A stretch of 64,000 bases of DNA from Prorocentrum cordatum (lineage: Eukaryota). Position numbers and translations under genes: made by a program. The stretch spans positions 1-64,000 of the forward strand of contig CAUYUJ010000143.1 in the NCBI GenBank assembly GCA_963575745.1. The letters are read 5' to 3'. This document shows positions 47,292 through 61,424 of this stretch, piece by piece; within the stretch, counting starts at the first letter, position 1, and each line of letters begins with the position of its first letter. The notes under the pieces are model-generated. The model ran no database searches. It was not told where the DNA came from and saw only the letters and a list, made by a program, of their open reading frames with translations.

Positions 47292-47975
47292 GATTGACGA
47301 GGCCCCTTGCGTAGGCAGCCTGGGCTCCTGCATGTCCAGGCGCAGCTTGCGCAACAGCCTGGAGCGGGCACGCTGGAGGGGGACCCCGCTCCATGGAGAA
47401 ACACCCGGCCCGTTCCGGCGGCGCGCCGCAGATGGCTCGGCGACGCGCCCCTGGATAGCGCATCCGCGTGCTCCTGGCTGGGGTGGGCTAGCAGGCCCCT
47501 GCCAGCGAAGAATGGGCGACTGGGGGGTCGATCGATCAGCCCCCCCCCCTGAGCATGAGCCTCGTCGTCCGGCTTTCGGGTCGCAGCTCGAAGCTTCCAC
47601 GGCCGCTCGGGAGAATCCAGGGCACCCCCGGAACGCTCCCGGCGAGGCCTGGCTGCTGGAGGGCATCCCCCGAGGCTGGCAAGCCGCCGAGCATCGACGA
47701 ACACGCCAGAAAACCTCGAACCTCCCCTCCTCCTCCTCCTCCTCCTCCTCCTCCTCCTCCTCCTCCTCCTCCTCCTCCTCCTCAGCCCACCTGCCCCCCT
47801 GGCGTTGCCCATGGCGCCTCAGCAGCGCCACGACCTGGCCGGTCGCCGCCTTCCGGAGGAGCGCCTCGGCACAAGGCGGAGGCTCCCGAGGGAAGCGGGT
47901 CCCGGACCCCGCGGCCCTCCCACAGGTCCAGCTCCTCGTCCTGCGCTGTTCTCCGGCGGCCCTGGGGCCAGCTCG

Positions 47976-48100
47976 CCATCGCTCGGACGTCCATTCCCTG
48001 TGTTTTTGTTCGGTTTCGTGCGTGGCTTTTTCGCCAAATGATCAAGGATGCTCCTCGATGGTCCTCGCCGAAGGAAAACACGCACACGTCCGAGCGATGC
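47976..48100. mobile_element. Small MITE (TIR CATCGCTCGGACGT); second copy nested at ~50970-51092
   Basis: 14-bp perfect inverted repeat and two homologous copies. Confidence 0.8.
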
Positions 48101-48637
48101 CAGGCCAGTGGAGGGCCCAGGAAGCCCGAAAGCAGCTCGGGACCTCGGGCCCCGCGTCCCGCAGGACCCGCTTGCCGAATCGCATGAAGAAGCGCAAGAC
48201 GACATAAGCATACCCATCGGTCGCAAGAAGTAGGTAGAACCATGAAGTAGTAAGGCGTTGGAAAAAGATTGGGCTTCCGCCCGCCTCCTGAAGAGAAGGG
48301 AAGAGGGAAAACCACTCGACTCTTGAAGTAGGAAGGCGGCTAAAGTAGGCTGGGAACTGGAAATCCAAAATTACCTACTTTCAACGACCGATTGGAACAC
48401 TTTCGGAGGCCCGCGCGGATTTCTTGGATCGGGGCTGGACCCCTCTCCCTGGCGCGCTCCGCTCGCGGAGGGCGGCGGCGGAGGCGCCGCCAGGGGTGCC
48501 CAGGCTCCGCTCCAAGACATCCGCGCGGAGCTCCAAAAGCCCACGCGTGTGCGGGCCCAAGAAGACACGCCACCTTCACCCCCATTCACCCGGCCTCCTC
48601 CGTGCTTCTCTTCCTCTGCTCCTTCCTGGGCCAGGAT

Positions 48638-48850
48638 TTGGACGCCCGAAATGGGTACGGAAAGAATGGGTACAATGCCCAACAACAAATGTTGTCCCAA
48701 ACCAACCGCGGCCGCTGTTGGGCAGGCGGCCTCCTGTCTCGAATGGACACAGGCCGCGGCGGCGTGGACAGCGAGTCCTGTTCAAAATGAACAGGAGCTG
48801 CTGTTGGGCAGTGTACCCATTCTTTCAGTACCCATTTCGCGCGTGCAGAT
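48638..48850. mobile_element. MITE with ~45-bp TIRs
   Basis: CGAAATGGGTACGGAAAGAATGGGTACAATGCCCAACA / TGTTGGGCAGTGTACCCATTCTTTCAGTACCCATTTCG. Confidence 0.85.
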
Positions 48851-49088
48851 AGGAGGGGCGATGGAGGTGGCGGTGGCGTATACGATTAAGCACCGCAGCT
48901 TATGCAGCTCCTCCTCCTCCTCCTCCTCCTCCTCCTCCTCCTCCTCCTCCTCCTCCTCCGCTTCGATGGCACAAGCACCGCGAAAGGGGGCAGCTGCGGG
49001 CGGCCGCCGGCGGCCGGCTGCCTGCTCCGCCGCCGTCGCCGCCACCGCCGCTGTCACCGTCATCGTTACCACCGTCGTCGTCGTCGTC

Positions 49089-49147
<59 letters not shown>

Positions 49148-49311
49148 TGCCGGTGCCGGTGCCGCCGCCGTCGGCGTCGTCGCAGCCGTCGGCGTCGACG
49201 TCGTCGTCGCCGTCGTCGTCGTCGCCGTCGCCGTCGTCGTCGCGGCCGCCGTCGTCGCCATCGTCGGGCATGCTGCGGGCGACCGCCGCCGGCCGGCTGC
49301 CTGCTCTTCCG

Positions 49312-49715
49312 GACCCGGAAGAGCGCGGCCAGCTGCCGCAGGTGGCCCGCCTCCTCCGCGGTGAAAGCGGCGGGCTCCAAGTCCTCCGCCTTCGAGCCCC
49401 TCCGTGGGCCCTTGAGCCTGCCGGGTGCGCCGAAGACTCGGATCCCATCACGTCGTGACGATTACCCAGGGACGTACCCCATCCGCTCTGCGCGTGTGGC
49501 GACTGAAATCGGCACCGCCCTTGAGCCTGCCGGGTGCGCCGAAGACTCAGATCCCCTCACGTCGTGACGACTGCCCAGGGACGTACCCAGTCCGTTCTGC
49601 GCGTGCGGCGACTGAAAATCGGCACCGCCTACCTCCACAGGAGTGCACTGACGTGTGTGTGCAGTCCCCTTGAACACCTCGCCACGGAGCCGCGAGGCCT
49701 CGGCTGGGTCCGCGT
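49312..49715 (-). CDS. Two small candidate exons (ADPAEASRLRGEVFKGTAHTRQCTPVE ~49633-49715; SKAEDLEPAAFTAEEAGHLRQLAALFR ~49312-49400) separated by a 110-bp tandem duplication
   Basis: High-GC3 codons and a GAG|GTAGGC donor; other boundaries unresolved. Confidence 0.35.
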
Positions 49716-49897
49716 ACCCCCCCACCTCCTCCTCCTCCTCCTCCTCCTCCTGCTCCTGATCCTGCTCCTGCTCCTCCTCCTCCTCCTCCTCCTCCTCCTC
49801 CTCCTCCTCCTCCTCCTGCTCCTGCTCCTGCTTCTCCTCCTCCTCCTCCTCCGCCTCGGCCTCCTCCTCCTCCTCCTCCCCCCCTCCTCCTCCTCCT

Positions 49898-49939
<42 letters not shown>

Positions 49940-51472
49940 CCTCCTCCTCCTCCTCCTCCTCCTCCTCCTCCCCTCCTCCTCCTCCTCCTCCTCCTCCTCC
50001 TCCTCCTCCTCTCCTCCTCCTCCTCCTCCTCCGCCTCCTCCTCCTCCTCCTCCTCCTCCTCCTCCTCCTCCTCCTCCTCCTCCTCCTCCTCCTCCTCCTC
50101 CTCCTCCTCCTCTTCCTCCTCCTCCTCCTCCTCCTCCTCCTCCGCTGCCGTCCCTCCCAGGAGCCCCCGGAAGTGGCGCCCGTGGCGCACGTCGCGGTCC
50201 TCGAGGGGCCGGCGCAGGAGGGGAGGCGGCAGACGGCAGGGGGAGAGAGGCTGGGAGGGAAAGCGAAGCGGGAAGAGGAGGCGTCGACCACAGCGCTCTA
50301 CTCAAGACGAGAACCCAACACAGGAGGGCTGCGAAGAAAGACGGGGGAGGAGAGGGAAGGTGGAGAGCCCAGTGCTATAACAGGTCAAAACGAGAACACA
50401 ACCCAGGAGGGTTGGGAAACAATCACGACGCAAGATGTTTGGCAAATTTCGGCCTCTGGGGGCCCTCGCCAAGCCCCAGAACTGTCAAAAAACACGTGAG
50501 GGTGCAAAGCCGGTCAGGGGAAATGCGTCGAGACCTCCAAGGGTCCACATCGTGAGCAAAAAACAGAATGTCGGGGGTCTGGGGGGGGAGTATGGACGCA
50601 ACTCCTGGGAGGTCTTTGTAAGAACGAACAAGGGCTATCAGGCCGGATGGCCATGGAACGTGATCAGCCAAGATCCGGCCGAGGATCAAAACAGCTTAAA
50701 CGTGATTGGGCGGGTTCACGCGGGATTTGACCGGATTGGGTCGGTCTCGACCACAGATACTCCAGCGCCGATGCTGAATGTAACCTCCCAGGATTGAGCA
50801 GGGACCGACCGCCCTGGCATTCCTATAGTCCTACCACGAAATGTTCTTGCAACCCAAAAATGCTCTAAGAACGCAAGCGATGTTCTTAGAACATGACCCC
50901 GATGTGATGAAACAAGACAGATTCCGCCAGAAATGTTCTAAGACAATTTCGTGGAGACCACAAAATTCGCCATCGCTCGGACGTCCATTCCCTGTGCTTG
51001 TTTCGGTTTCGTGCGTTTTTTTCGGCTCGATGATCAAGGATGCTCCTCGATGGTCCTCGCCGAAGGGAAAAATGCACACGTCCGAGCGATGCCAAGAGAA
51101 GGTTCTTAGAAAATTGTTTGGTAGGGCTACAGGCGAGCCAGGACGCTCCGCCACTGCTTGACAGGAATGAAGAGGCCCTGGGACACACAGATAAATACAC
51201 ACAAATAAAAGTAATCCCCATATTTTCCCATATTTGCTGGTTTTTGTCTTCCCCCCCACTTCCCATATTTTCCCATATTTTCTGGGGAGTCGACGATTAA
51301 TTGTGTCTGTGTGTGTTTTTCCCCTCCTGCAAGAAATTGCACCCTATGGAGGAGGGGTGTCTGGACGGGGCGGGGGTTACCGCGTCACGGCCCGAGGCGC
51401 GTGCGCGGGGCGAGAGGGGGCCCCGGACCGCGCACTGCACGACGCACAGTCCTGAGAGGAAGAAGAATACTA

Positions 51473-51689
51473 CAGGGCAGCTTTGAACACATTGGATGTT
51501 AAGTTTCTTTTTTAAAATTAAAAAAGGAGGAAAAACAAAAAAAAAAAAAAAAAAAAAACCTTATGATTAATACACGATGATAAAGTTATATGAATAAACA
51601 GATGCATAAACTCACCATTGCTGGTAATACGAACTCCCTTTATTTGTCGTACGTGATCCGCACGCGGAGCATGGATCAAAAACGGCACT
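51473..51689. mobile_element. AT-rich Tc1-like MITE (second copy 56220-56388, TA-flanked)
   Basis: Shared TGATCCGCACGCGGAGCATG..AAAACGGCACTG end and imperfect TIRs. Confidence 0.75.
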
Positions 51690-51928
51690 GTGAGAACGAG
51701 ACCACTGAGAAGAAGACTGCGACGACGGGGCAGGACCATCGGAAAAAGGTCCCATGGCCCCTGGCATGGCACCCCCCGCCTGCACACCTCCTTCCTCCTC
51801 CTCCCCTCTTCCTCCTCCTCCTCCTCCTCCTCCTCCTCCTCCTCCTCCTCCTCCTCCTCCTCCTCCTCCTCCTCCTCCTCCTCCTCCTCCTCCTCCTCCT
51901 CCTCCTCCCCCGCCGGCGCCCCCCGAGC

Positions 51929-52060
51929 CTGCTCTGCTTCTTCTTGCCGCCCTCGGGCTCCCTCGCGAGGTCCCCCAGCAGGCGCTCCATCGCCAGGTCC
52001 AGCACAAGCGCGGACCGCTGCACGCTGCCGCCGGCCACCCCGAAGGGCTCCAGGAAGTTG
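51929..52060 (-). CDS. Candidate host exon part (NFLEPFGVAGGSVQRSALVLDLAMERLLGDLAREPEGGKKKQS)
   Basis: Very high GC3 in this frame; CAG|GC donor. Confidence 0.6.
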
Positions 52061-52255
52061 GGGGAACAAAAAATGACATAAACATAACAACTCGGAGGTC
52101 CGCGCGGATTTCTCGTATCGGCGCTGGGGCCCCCCGGCGGCGCCTCCGGCGCCGCCACTGGCGCGCTCCGCGCGCCAGAGAGGGGGGTCCAGCGCCGATC
52201 CGAGAAATCCGCGCGGACCTCCGAGCTTGTATGTTTATATCACTTTTTGTTCCCC
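52061..52255. mobile_element. 195-bp TIR element (family F with extended arms) inside coding sequence
   Basis: ~55-bp TIRs GGGGAACAAAAA.TGA.ATAAACATA...CTCGGAGGTCCGCGCGGATTTCTCG. Confidence 0.9.
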
Positions 52256-52377
52256 TGGAAGTGGGTCAGGAGGGTCGGCTCCTGCCAGATGGGGGCCGGC
52301 TTCTTCGTGAGCTCCTTCAGCGTCAGCGTCTTCCACGACTTCCTCTGGGCAAGTGCGTTCCACTGCTCGCGAAGCAG
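52256..52377 (-). CDS. Candidate host exon part (LLREQWNALAQRKSWKTLTLKELTKKPAPIWQEPTLLTHF)
   Basis: High GC3; in frame with 51929-52060 once the 195-bp element is removed. Confidence 0.6.
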
Positions 52378-52486
52378 CTACTCGCAGAGGGCCTGGATCC
52401 GCCGCGGGGGATGTACGATACAGTACATTGAGGAGCACGTTTTGTTCGGCCGTTTGCGAGTCAGCACTTGGCCAGTAGTGGCACGT

Positions 52487-52640
52487 GCCCGGTGATCCTC
52501 AGCGCGGCCCGCTCCGACTCCACGCGGACGTTGAAGTTCCGGGAGTCCCTCTCAGCCTTGACCTCCTCCGCCGTGAGTTTCTTCGGGTCGACCTCGCCGA
52601 AGCCCAGAGGAAGCGATACCGGTACCGCTGCACCCCAGAC
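52487..52640 (-). CDS. Candidate host exon (VSLPLGFGEVDPKKLTAEEVKAERDSRNFNVRVESERAALRITG)
   Basis: High GC3 and protein-like; boundaries unresolved. Confidence 0.5.
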
Positions 52641-52934
52641 ATCTCACGGGGTGCATCCTGACCAGAGTTTCGAGGCGAGTCGAGCCGTGGCGACGAGGGC
52701 CTCCCAGGAGGCCGACGAAGGCAAAAGCGAGGGAAGAGTGGTGGCGTATGGTGCGCTGGCAGTTGCCACTTCCCCCTACTGAGGCCTGGATTCGCCGGAT
52801 GCGGAAGTTCCCCGGGACCAGGCCCCGCCTGCCGGGGTCGCCGCTGAGCAGCAGGAGCCCCCCCTTCAGGGCCCACAGCTCGCCCGCGCCCTCCGGGGGC
52901 GCCTGCGGCGGTCGCGGCGGCGGGGGCGCCTGTG

Positions 52935-53121
52935 ATCGGCTGCACGCGAGAGTGACCCTGAGCAAGAGTGACCTTTGGTGCGCGGTTTTTTGGGGGGCGC
53001 GAGGAGGCCAAACACAAGCGCGCAAGACGCTACTATCGCACAGAGCGCGGCGATCGGGGGACCCCACTGAGCGCCCACCAAAGGTCACTCCGGCGAAGGG
53101 TCACTCTTACGCGTAGTCGAT
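52935..53121. mobile_element. MITE with AGAGTGACC subrepeats in the TIRs
   Basis: ATCGGCTGCACGCGAGAGTGACCCT...GAGTGACCTTTGGTG / CACCAAAGGTCACTC...AGGGTCACTCTTACGCGTAGTCGAT. Confidence 0.8.
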
Positions 53122-54514
53122 GTGAGGAGGGAGGGGGGGGCAGATGCCCTGGCGATGGCAACATGACAGCAGGCTCTGTGCAGTCTCTTGCCAGGTGCTC
53201 TTCAACGGGGGGGGGGGGGGGAAATAAACGTGGGGAGAAGAGGCGTGCGCCCTTTGTGGGCCCACGGGTGCAACTTGGAAGCAGTGGGGGCCACTTTTTG
53301 CAGCTCTTGACCGCCCGACGCTTATTGACCCCCCAGTTGCTGTCCGCCCGATCTTGGTGACGACGACGCCGTGTCCAGTGCTTGCGACCAAGGGGCCAAA
53401 GTGCTCTCCCGACGAACGTTGAGTGCCGCGCGTCTTACTCACACTGTTGTGCCAGTCCTCTGCTGATACTCTTCGGTGGAGGTGTAGGGTCCAGAGAACT
53501 GAGCGAAGGACGGGTTATGGCCCTGCCGACGACGTGAGCGCGTGCATTCCCAAATATCCAGCGGCCCGACTGTGTTCGAGACGTTTGCCCCCGGAACCCT
53601 CGACCCCTTCGACCCTGGACTGGCTTCCGGTTTTTCGTTGTCGGTCACTGGGGAGGTCCGAGAAGAGCTCCCGACGCCTTTGACTGGATAGATTCGAATC
53701 CCTGGAGGTCTGGATTAGGGGGTCAGGAATCGACCCCTGGTCCTCTCCCAGTGCACGGGTTGGCCAGAAGCTCGAGGCGAACCGGCCGCGACGACGAGGA
53801 GGTCTCCTTGAGGCCCAGAGGAACCCGAGCAAGCGTCCGAAAGGTCATGTTCACACCATGTCTTCCCTGAGATCCGATTCCGTAGAAAAATTATTACAAC
53901 ATCGCGAAAATCGCGACTGGAACCTTAGACCCCATCATGCTTCTGCGGAGCTTTTCGTGCCAGATCGATCCGCGAGGGCGACGGGGCCCGACACCCGGCG
54001 AAGCAGCCCGTCGTGCAAAAGTCCGCCGCCCAGATCTCAAAGTGTGCTTTCGACCAGAGGCCTGCGCTGGCGGAGGCCCCCACGGCGGCGAGTCCGGGTA
54101 GCCTCCGCCTGAGACAACGTGCAAAGGGGGATCACCACAAGGGGGGTCGCAACTGCCGCGAGGAAGCGCCATTTCCTCGCAGAAGTGGCGCCCCAAGGTC
54201 GCTCCAGAGCCTGCCCCAAACTTCCCAACAGAAACTCGTCGAGCTTCGATCGAGGGGGAGCGTGAGGGGGGGAAACCGGCTCAGCGGGAGATGCATCTCG
54301 ACCTGGGATCGGCGATGCATCGCCGATAGATCGGCGATGGGGCCCCAGAGCGAGTCCGCACGTTCCTGGACGGGTTGTGCTATCGGACACCTCTCAGCGA
54401 TCCATGGGCGGTTGGGAGTCGATGCTCCCCCCCCTGAGCCTCTCCCCCCCCCCCCCGCGTCGCTGCTCCCGGCTGATCCTCGAGCGTCGATGTCCGGGGC
54501 GGGCTGGTGACCCC

Positions 54515-54705
54515 CCTTTCTGAGGCAACTCATTGGGAGCCTCCCACATCATCTCGTTGACTCTGGCGGCTCGGCGCTGCTCGACGTCAGTCGACTTGGT
54601 ATCGACGCCAGTCGGCGCCAGATCGGCGCTGCCCCATCGATCACCAGACGCTTTCTTGACGCTGGCGCACTCCAGAAACGGAGCTACGAGGATGTACAAG
54701 GCTCC
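54515..54705 (-). CDS. Candidate upstream exon (ALYILVAPFLECASVKKASGDRWG...VNEMMWEAPNELPQK)
   Basis: Protein-like ORF segment; splice sites not established. Confidence 0.35.
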
Positions 54706-54717
54706 CACGATTCGCTA

Positions 54718-54897
54718 CTCCAGATTTCGTAAGAAAGGGAGGGGGGTCTCATTTCGGGGGGGGTCTCTTCCAGGCTATCTTGGAGGGCCTGGGGGGGTCT
54801 GGGGACGATGTTTTGGAGGGTTCTCCCACGGGGGGGGGTCTGAAATGGCTTGTCTTGGAGGGTCCAGACCCCCTCCCCTTTATTACGAAATCTGGAG
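54718..54897. mobile_element. TA-flanked MITE
   Basis: TIR CTCCAGATTTCGTAA.AAAGGG.GGGGG.TCT with TA on both sides. Confidence 0.8.
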
Positions 54898-57800
54898 TAC
54901 CGAAGGAGCCGGTGACCCCCAAGGTGGTGACGCCCCCCCCCTGGCACTGCCCGACCGCCGTAGGGCTGGCCGAAGCTGCTCTGCTGGCGGAGCAGAGGGT
55001 GCTGCGCCGGGCGCGGCGGCTCCGCCACCTGCGCGGAGAGCGCGAGCTGCTCGTCCACGTACACGTCGGCCTGGAGCGGCGAACAAAATTAAAGGGACCC
55101 CAGGACACACAAATAAATACACACAAATAAAAGGATTCCCCATATTTTCACACATTTTCTGGGCTTCTGTCTTCCCCCCCACTTCCCATATTTTCCTATA
55201 TTTTCTTGGGGACCGACGATTAATTGTGTCTGTGTGTTTTTCCCCCTCCTGATAGAGCGGCGAACAAAATGCCCAGATCACAAAGAGGGCCCCCGAAGGC
55301 AAAACTCATGGGCTCCCCGTGTGCTTTTGACTGTTTTGTCGCGTCGTCGTGTTTACGGCTTCCCGGCGCTCCAAGACGACCCCGTAGGCCCCGAAAACCG
55401 TCGCGAGACGGCCTAAGAGGCCCACAGGTGGGCACCCAAACAGCCCAAGAAGCCCTCGAGAAGACGGCCCAACAACATCTCACAGACCTTCGACGATGTG
55501 AGCTTTGCCATCCAGGCTGGAGACCTCCCAGATGGGGTCTGAGTAGGTGGGGTCTGAGGGTCGCGCCGCGCCGCATCGCCAAAGCATCGCCGAAGCATCG
55601 GCGATGCATCGGCGACGTCATCGATGCATCGACGACGTCCGCGTTGAGAAAATCTGACACCACATCGAGCCGCATCGCCGACGCATCGACGATGCGGCGC
55701 AATCCTGCGATCCCATCTAAGCGGAACCCCGTTGGCTGGACTCATCGGACCGTCAAACATGGACACAGGGCGAGACCTTGGCCCCTGGAAAGCGGTCGGG
55801 ACCTCCGGGGCCGCCATTGGGAAAATCACATCCTTCGATCGGCGGTGGACAAACCTCCTTTTGCTAAACCTCCCCTTAGTGAAAACGGCCTGGGGCCGAA
55901 ATCCACGGACCAGGACCCGCAAAAATGACGGCCGCGACGCCCTCTCGCGAGCCGAAAACGGCCAAGTCCTTAATCGACGTGTCAGTCTGTCCACCCCCGA
56001 TTCGAGGTCTGCACAAGGGGGGCCTGGAGCACGACGACGTGGCGACCTCGCGCGGTGGACTGCGGCAGCCGGCCAGCGCGCCACGCGTGGAGACGAGGGC
56101 GCGCGCACGCGCCCACGGAGCCCCGGGCCATCGGCCCCGTGTCTCTGCGCCGCTCTCGTGCGCAGGAGGGGATCGACCGCCTGCGGAACCCAGCTCGCCG
56201 CTGACCAGGAAAGAGCATACGGGGCAGTTTTTAATACATAGTTTTTTTCTTGAAAGAAGAAACGTAGTTTTCATACATAGTTGATATATGAATAAGTTCA
56301 CGCATGAACTCATCGTTGTTTTGAATGCTGAGCCCCTGCATGTTTAATACATGATCCGCACGCGGAGCATGTATTGAAAACGGCACTGTACGGGGAGCCA
56401 GACCAGATTGGCGTGTCGCGCGCGCTTCGAGGACCGAGGACTAATCAGTTTGGAGGGCGACATTTCCCCTTTTGGGGCCACGAGGGGGGCTCCTCGAAGT
56501 CCTGGTCGAAACGCACCCCCTGATAATTGGCGTTTCCCATTCAGCTAAGGCCCGCGGGCCGAATTGGCGCGTCGTGGGCGACTCCAGGATCGACATCCAG
56601 GTTCGACGACCAAAGCGTGATGCGTTTGAACTTTTTGAGCCCCCCCGAGAAGGCTCCCTCGTGGCCACGGCTCGACTCTCTGGTCGGACCGAGACCAGGC
56701 GTCGATTACTATCATGAAGGGGCCCTGGGACACACAAATAAGTACACACAGATAAAAGCATTCCCAATATTTCCCCATACGTTTTGGGTTTTTGTCTTCC
56801 CCCTCACTTCCCATATTTTCCAATATTTCCTGGGGAATCGCCGATCAATTGTGTCTGTGTGTTTCTTTCCCTCCTGATATCATACCTACTTGCTCGTGTG
56901 CTCTCGCACTGCGTTGCTCCGATCGGCCGATCGCTCGACCGCACGCCTACTGCTCGTCGGGCAACCCTCGGAGGTAAACCGAGACATACCGACACCGCTG
57001 CTCCCCGGGGCTTCTCCTCCTGACCTCGCACCTCGATGACGACGACGACGACGACGACGACATCGTCATCGTCGTCGTCATCGTCGTCGCCATCGTCATC
57101 GACCCCGACCCCCGACGACATCGTCATCGTCGTCGTCATCGTCGTCGTCATCGTCATCGACCCCGACCCCCTACCCACCCCCTCCTCCCCTTCTTCCGAC
57201 CGACCAGCAGTCCGACTGCACCTCCCCTCTGATGCCCCCTTGCTCCAGCCAACCGACCGTCCGACCGCACCTCTATGATAGGGATGAGCGGGGGGGGCCA
57301 GGAGGATAGGCTGTCCTCCCCCCCCCGCAGCGACAGTCGCCGAGTCAAGTAAGAAGCCGGTCTGCGAGCAGGTGCCCACGCAAGACTCGTTATCCCCCGC
57401 TGGCCCCAGGGACCCACAGAAACTCTCGGGTAACTGAGGACCCTCAGAAATCGACGAAGAATTTGCCCCACATATCTACTGCAACCATGTTTACGATCGC
57501 ATCGTCGACTGTACACCCCACCCACCCATCTCCTACCAGGGACCACAAACGCCCCCGTGGTATGATCCTTGGCACGCATGCTTTTTGCTGAAGACCAGAG
57601 CCCCAATCTCATCCTGTCATGAGCAAATCGCGACGGGCAGATGCTGGCCGCTTTCGGCCTCTGGGAGCCATCACCCGGCCCCGGGACGATAAATCGACTC
57701 GGGACGACGAGCCCATCGAGGGGAAGGTGTCGAGACTTCAGGGTGTCCACGCTGCGATTCTATATCTAACAATAAGAAGAAAAACTACGCCGAGGGTCTT

Positions 57801-59814
57801 GGAAGATCCTGCAGGAAACTGGTTTTCCTCATGATGGCTTCTCATCCTTGCCAATTTTGACAGCCACTGGGCCTGGAAATGGCCCCAGAACGGAGGAGGA
57901 CAGCAGGACCCTTTCTCCTCAGAGCCCAGCTTCCTCCACGGCGACCCCCACAGATCGACATCTTGACCTCTCCCGGGGTGCCGCCTGCTAAGGATCTCGG
58001 GTCGCATCCGTGTGTGGGTGTTTCTCCCCCGCAACAGCGGCAACGATGACCTGCGTGACAACTGATGACAGCCACCACGCGTCTGAGCTCGGTGAGGCCA
58101 CACGTAGACTTGGCGTGCCGAAGACGGCACGCGCTACCTGTGGCAACGGCGCTGGCTGGCTGCGCACCACAGCGGGTGGGCAGCGCGGCTGCCAACATCT
58201 GCGCGAGGGAGAGGTCACAGCCGCCAGCGGAACGCGTGTTCTGCGAAGGTGGCCGAAGCTCGTGGCAGAACTTCGGGCCGTTGTTCGCCAGAGTAATCAG
58301 GAAGGGGGGAGGAGCCAGAGGAGCCAGAGGAGAACGGATGGATGCATCAAGCCGATGTCAAGAAATTCCCCCATGATCCAAAGGATCCTTCGTATAAACG
58401 GGCATCACACAACAGCAATCAAGGATCCGCAACACAGTACAATACCTGACAAAAGGCCGGCATAGACTCCGAAATCCTGCCATGCCACAGAAAAGGTACC
58501 AGGAAAGGAGGGGAGGGAGAAAGAAGAAGCGCTGAGAAACTCAGAACACAGAAAACCATGTGCCAGGCAAACCCTGGAACAGCGAATGGCACAACGCAGT
58601 GCGCTCCAAGTCTGGGCGCGAAGCACTCGCCAGAGTCGAGATGGAATCGGGCGGCCAAACATACTGTGCACGCCTGGGGCGGACCCAAGGAAACCCAGGC
58701 AAGGGGCCCAGAGGGGTGGCATCCGGCTGCGGTGGCCCGGAGCCACCTGGAGGCGACCCCGAGCTCCTGGGCACGGGGCGGGCGCGTCCTCGGGGCCTCT
58801 GCCGACGCCCCTGGGCCTCGGCCCCCACTCCCGGGGCATGGGATCCGCAAGGAGCCCGGAGCCCACACTGCGAAAAGTCCCTCGGGGCTTCTCGCGTCTG
58901 GTCGGGGGCTCGTCGCGTCTCCCCGCGTGGACTGCTCGGGCCCAAAAGAGTGCCTCAGGACGGACCCCAAAGGCCCAGCGAGGCCCCCAACGCGGTCCCA
59001 GAGGGCCCCGAGTCGCCGAAAGATCGCTCCAAGACGCCCAAGGTGGCCTCAAGATGGCCCAAGAGGCCTCCAAGACGCCCCAAGGTGCCTCCAAGAGGCA
59101 TCCCAAGAAGGTCCAAGAGGCAAACATCCCTGATTGTCCTTAGGTGTTTGATCGATGTTGACGTTCTCGCCGTTTCGGCGCTCCGACGCTCCAAGGCGGC
59201 CCAAGAGGCCCCCCAAACCACCCCAAGACGGCCCAAATGCCTCCAAGAGGGCCCCCAGACGGCGTAAGGGCGCCCAAAGACGGCCCAAGAGGTGCCCAAG
59301 ACGGCCCAGAAGGGGGCCCAAGAAGACCTCGTAAGGGGCCCAAGGGAAGGAACACGAACCGAAAATCCAAGTCTTCCGCCCCAAGAGGCTCCGGGGAGGC
59401 CCCAAGAGGCGCCCAGAGGCCCCGAAGAGGCCCCCGAGAGACCCAAAAGAGGTCCAAAAGAAGCCCCAGCCCCTAGGAGGCCCCCAACCAATCCCCAAGA
59501 GTCTTCAAAACTGCCCCCAAGATGCCATGGAGAGGCCCCCCACGAGATCCAAACGAACAGCCAATAGGCTTCATACCCAAAGCTGCCACGCTGGCGGGAT
59601 GGGCCGAAGGCTACTATATCCGCCGCCCACTGTTGATTTATCAAAGGGGTGCCTGGCATGGTAAACTTCTTACGGTTTGATGCTGGCTCTTTTCCAAAAA
59701 GGACCCCCTCTGGGGCTTCGGCCCGTCCCGCCGGCCACCTGAAATGCTCCCAAACGAAGACAACGTTCACAAAAGAACCTCCAAGACGGCTCAAGATGGC
59801 CTCTGAGACGGCTA

Positions 59815-61424
<1,610 letters not shown>

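Noticed and set aside
48140..48290. Possible exon after a good polypyrimidine acceptor (TCTCTTCAG|G)
   Set aside because: All three frames are open and none shows convincing codon bias, so it was left uncalled.
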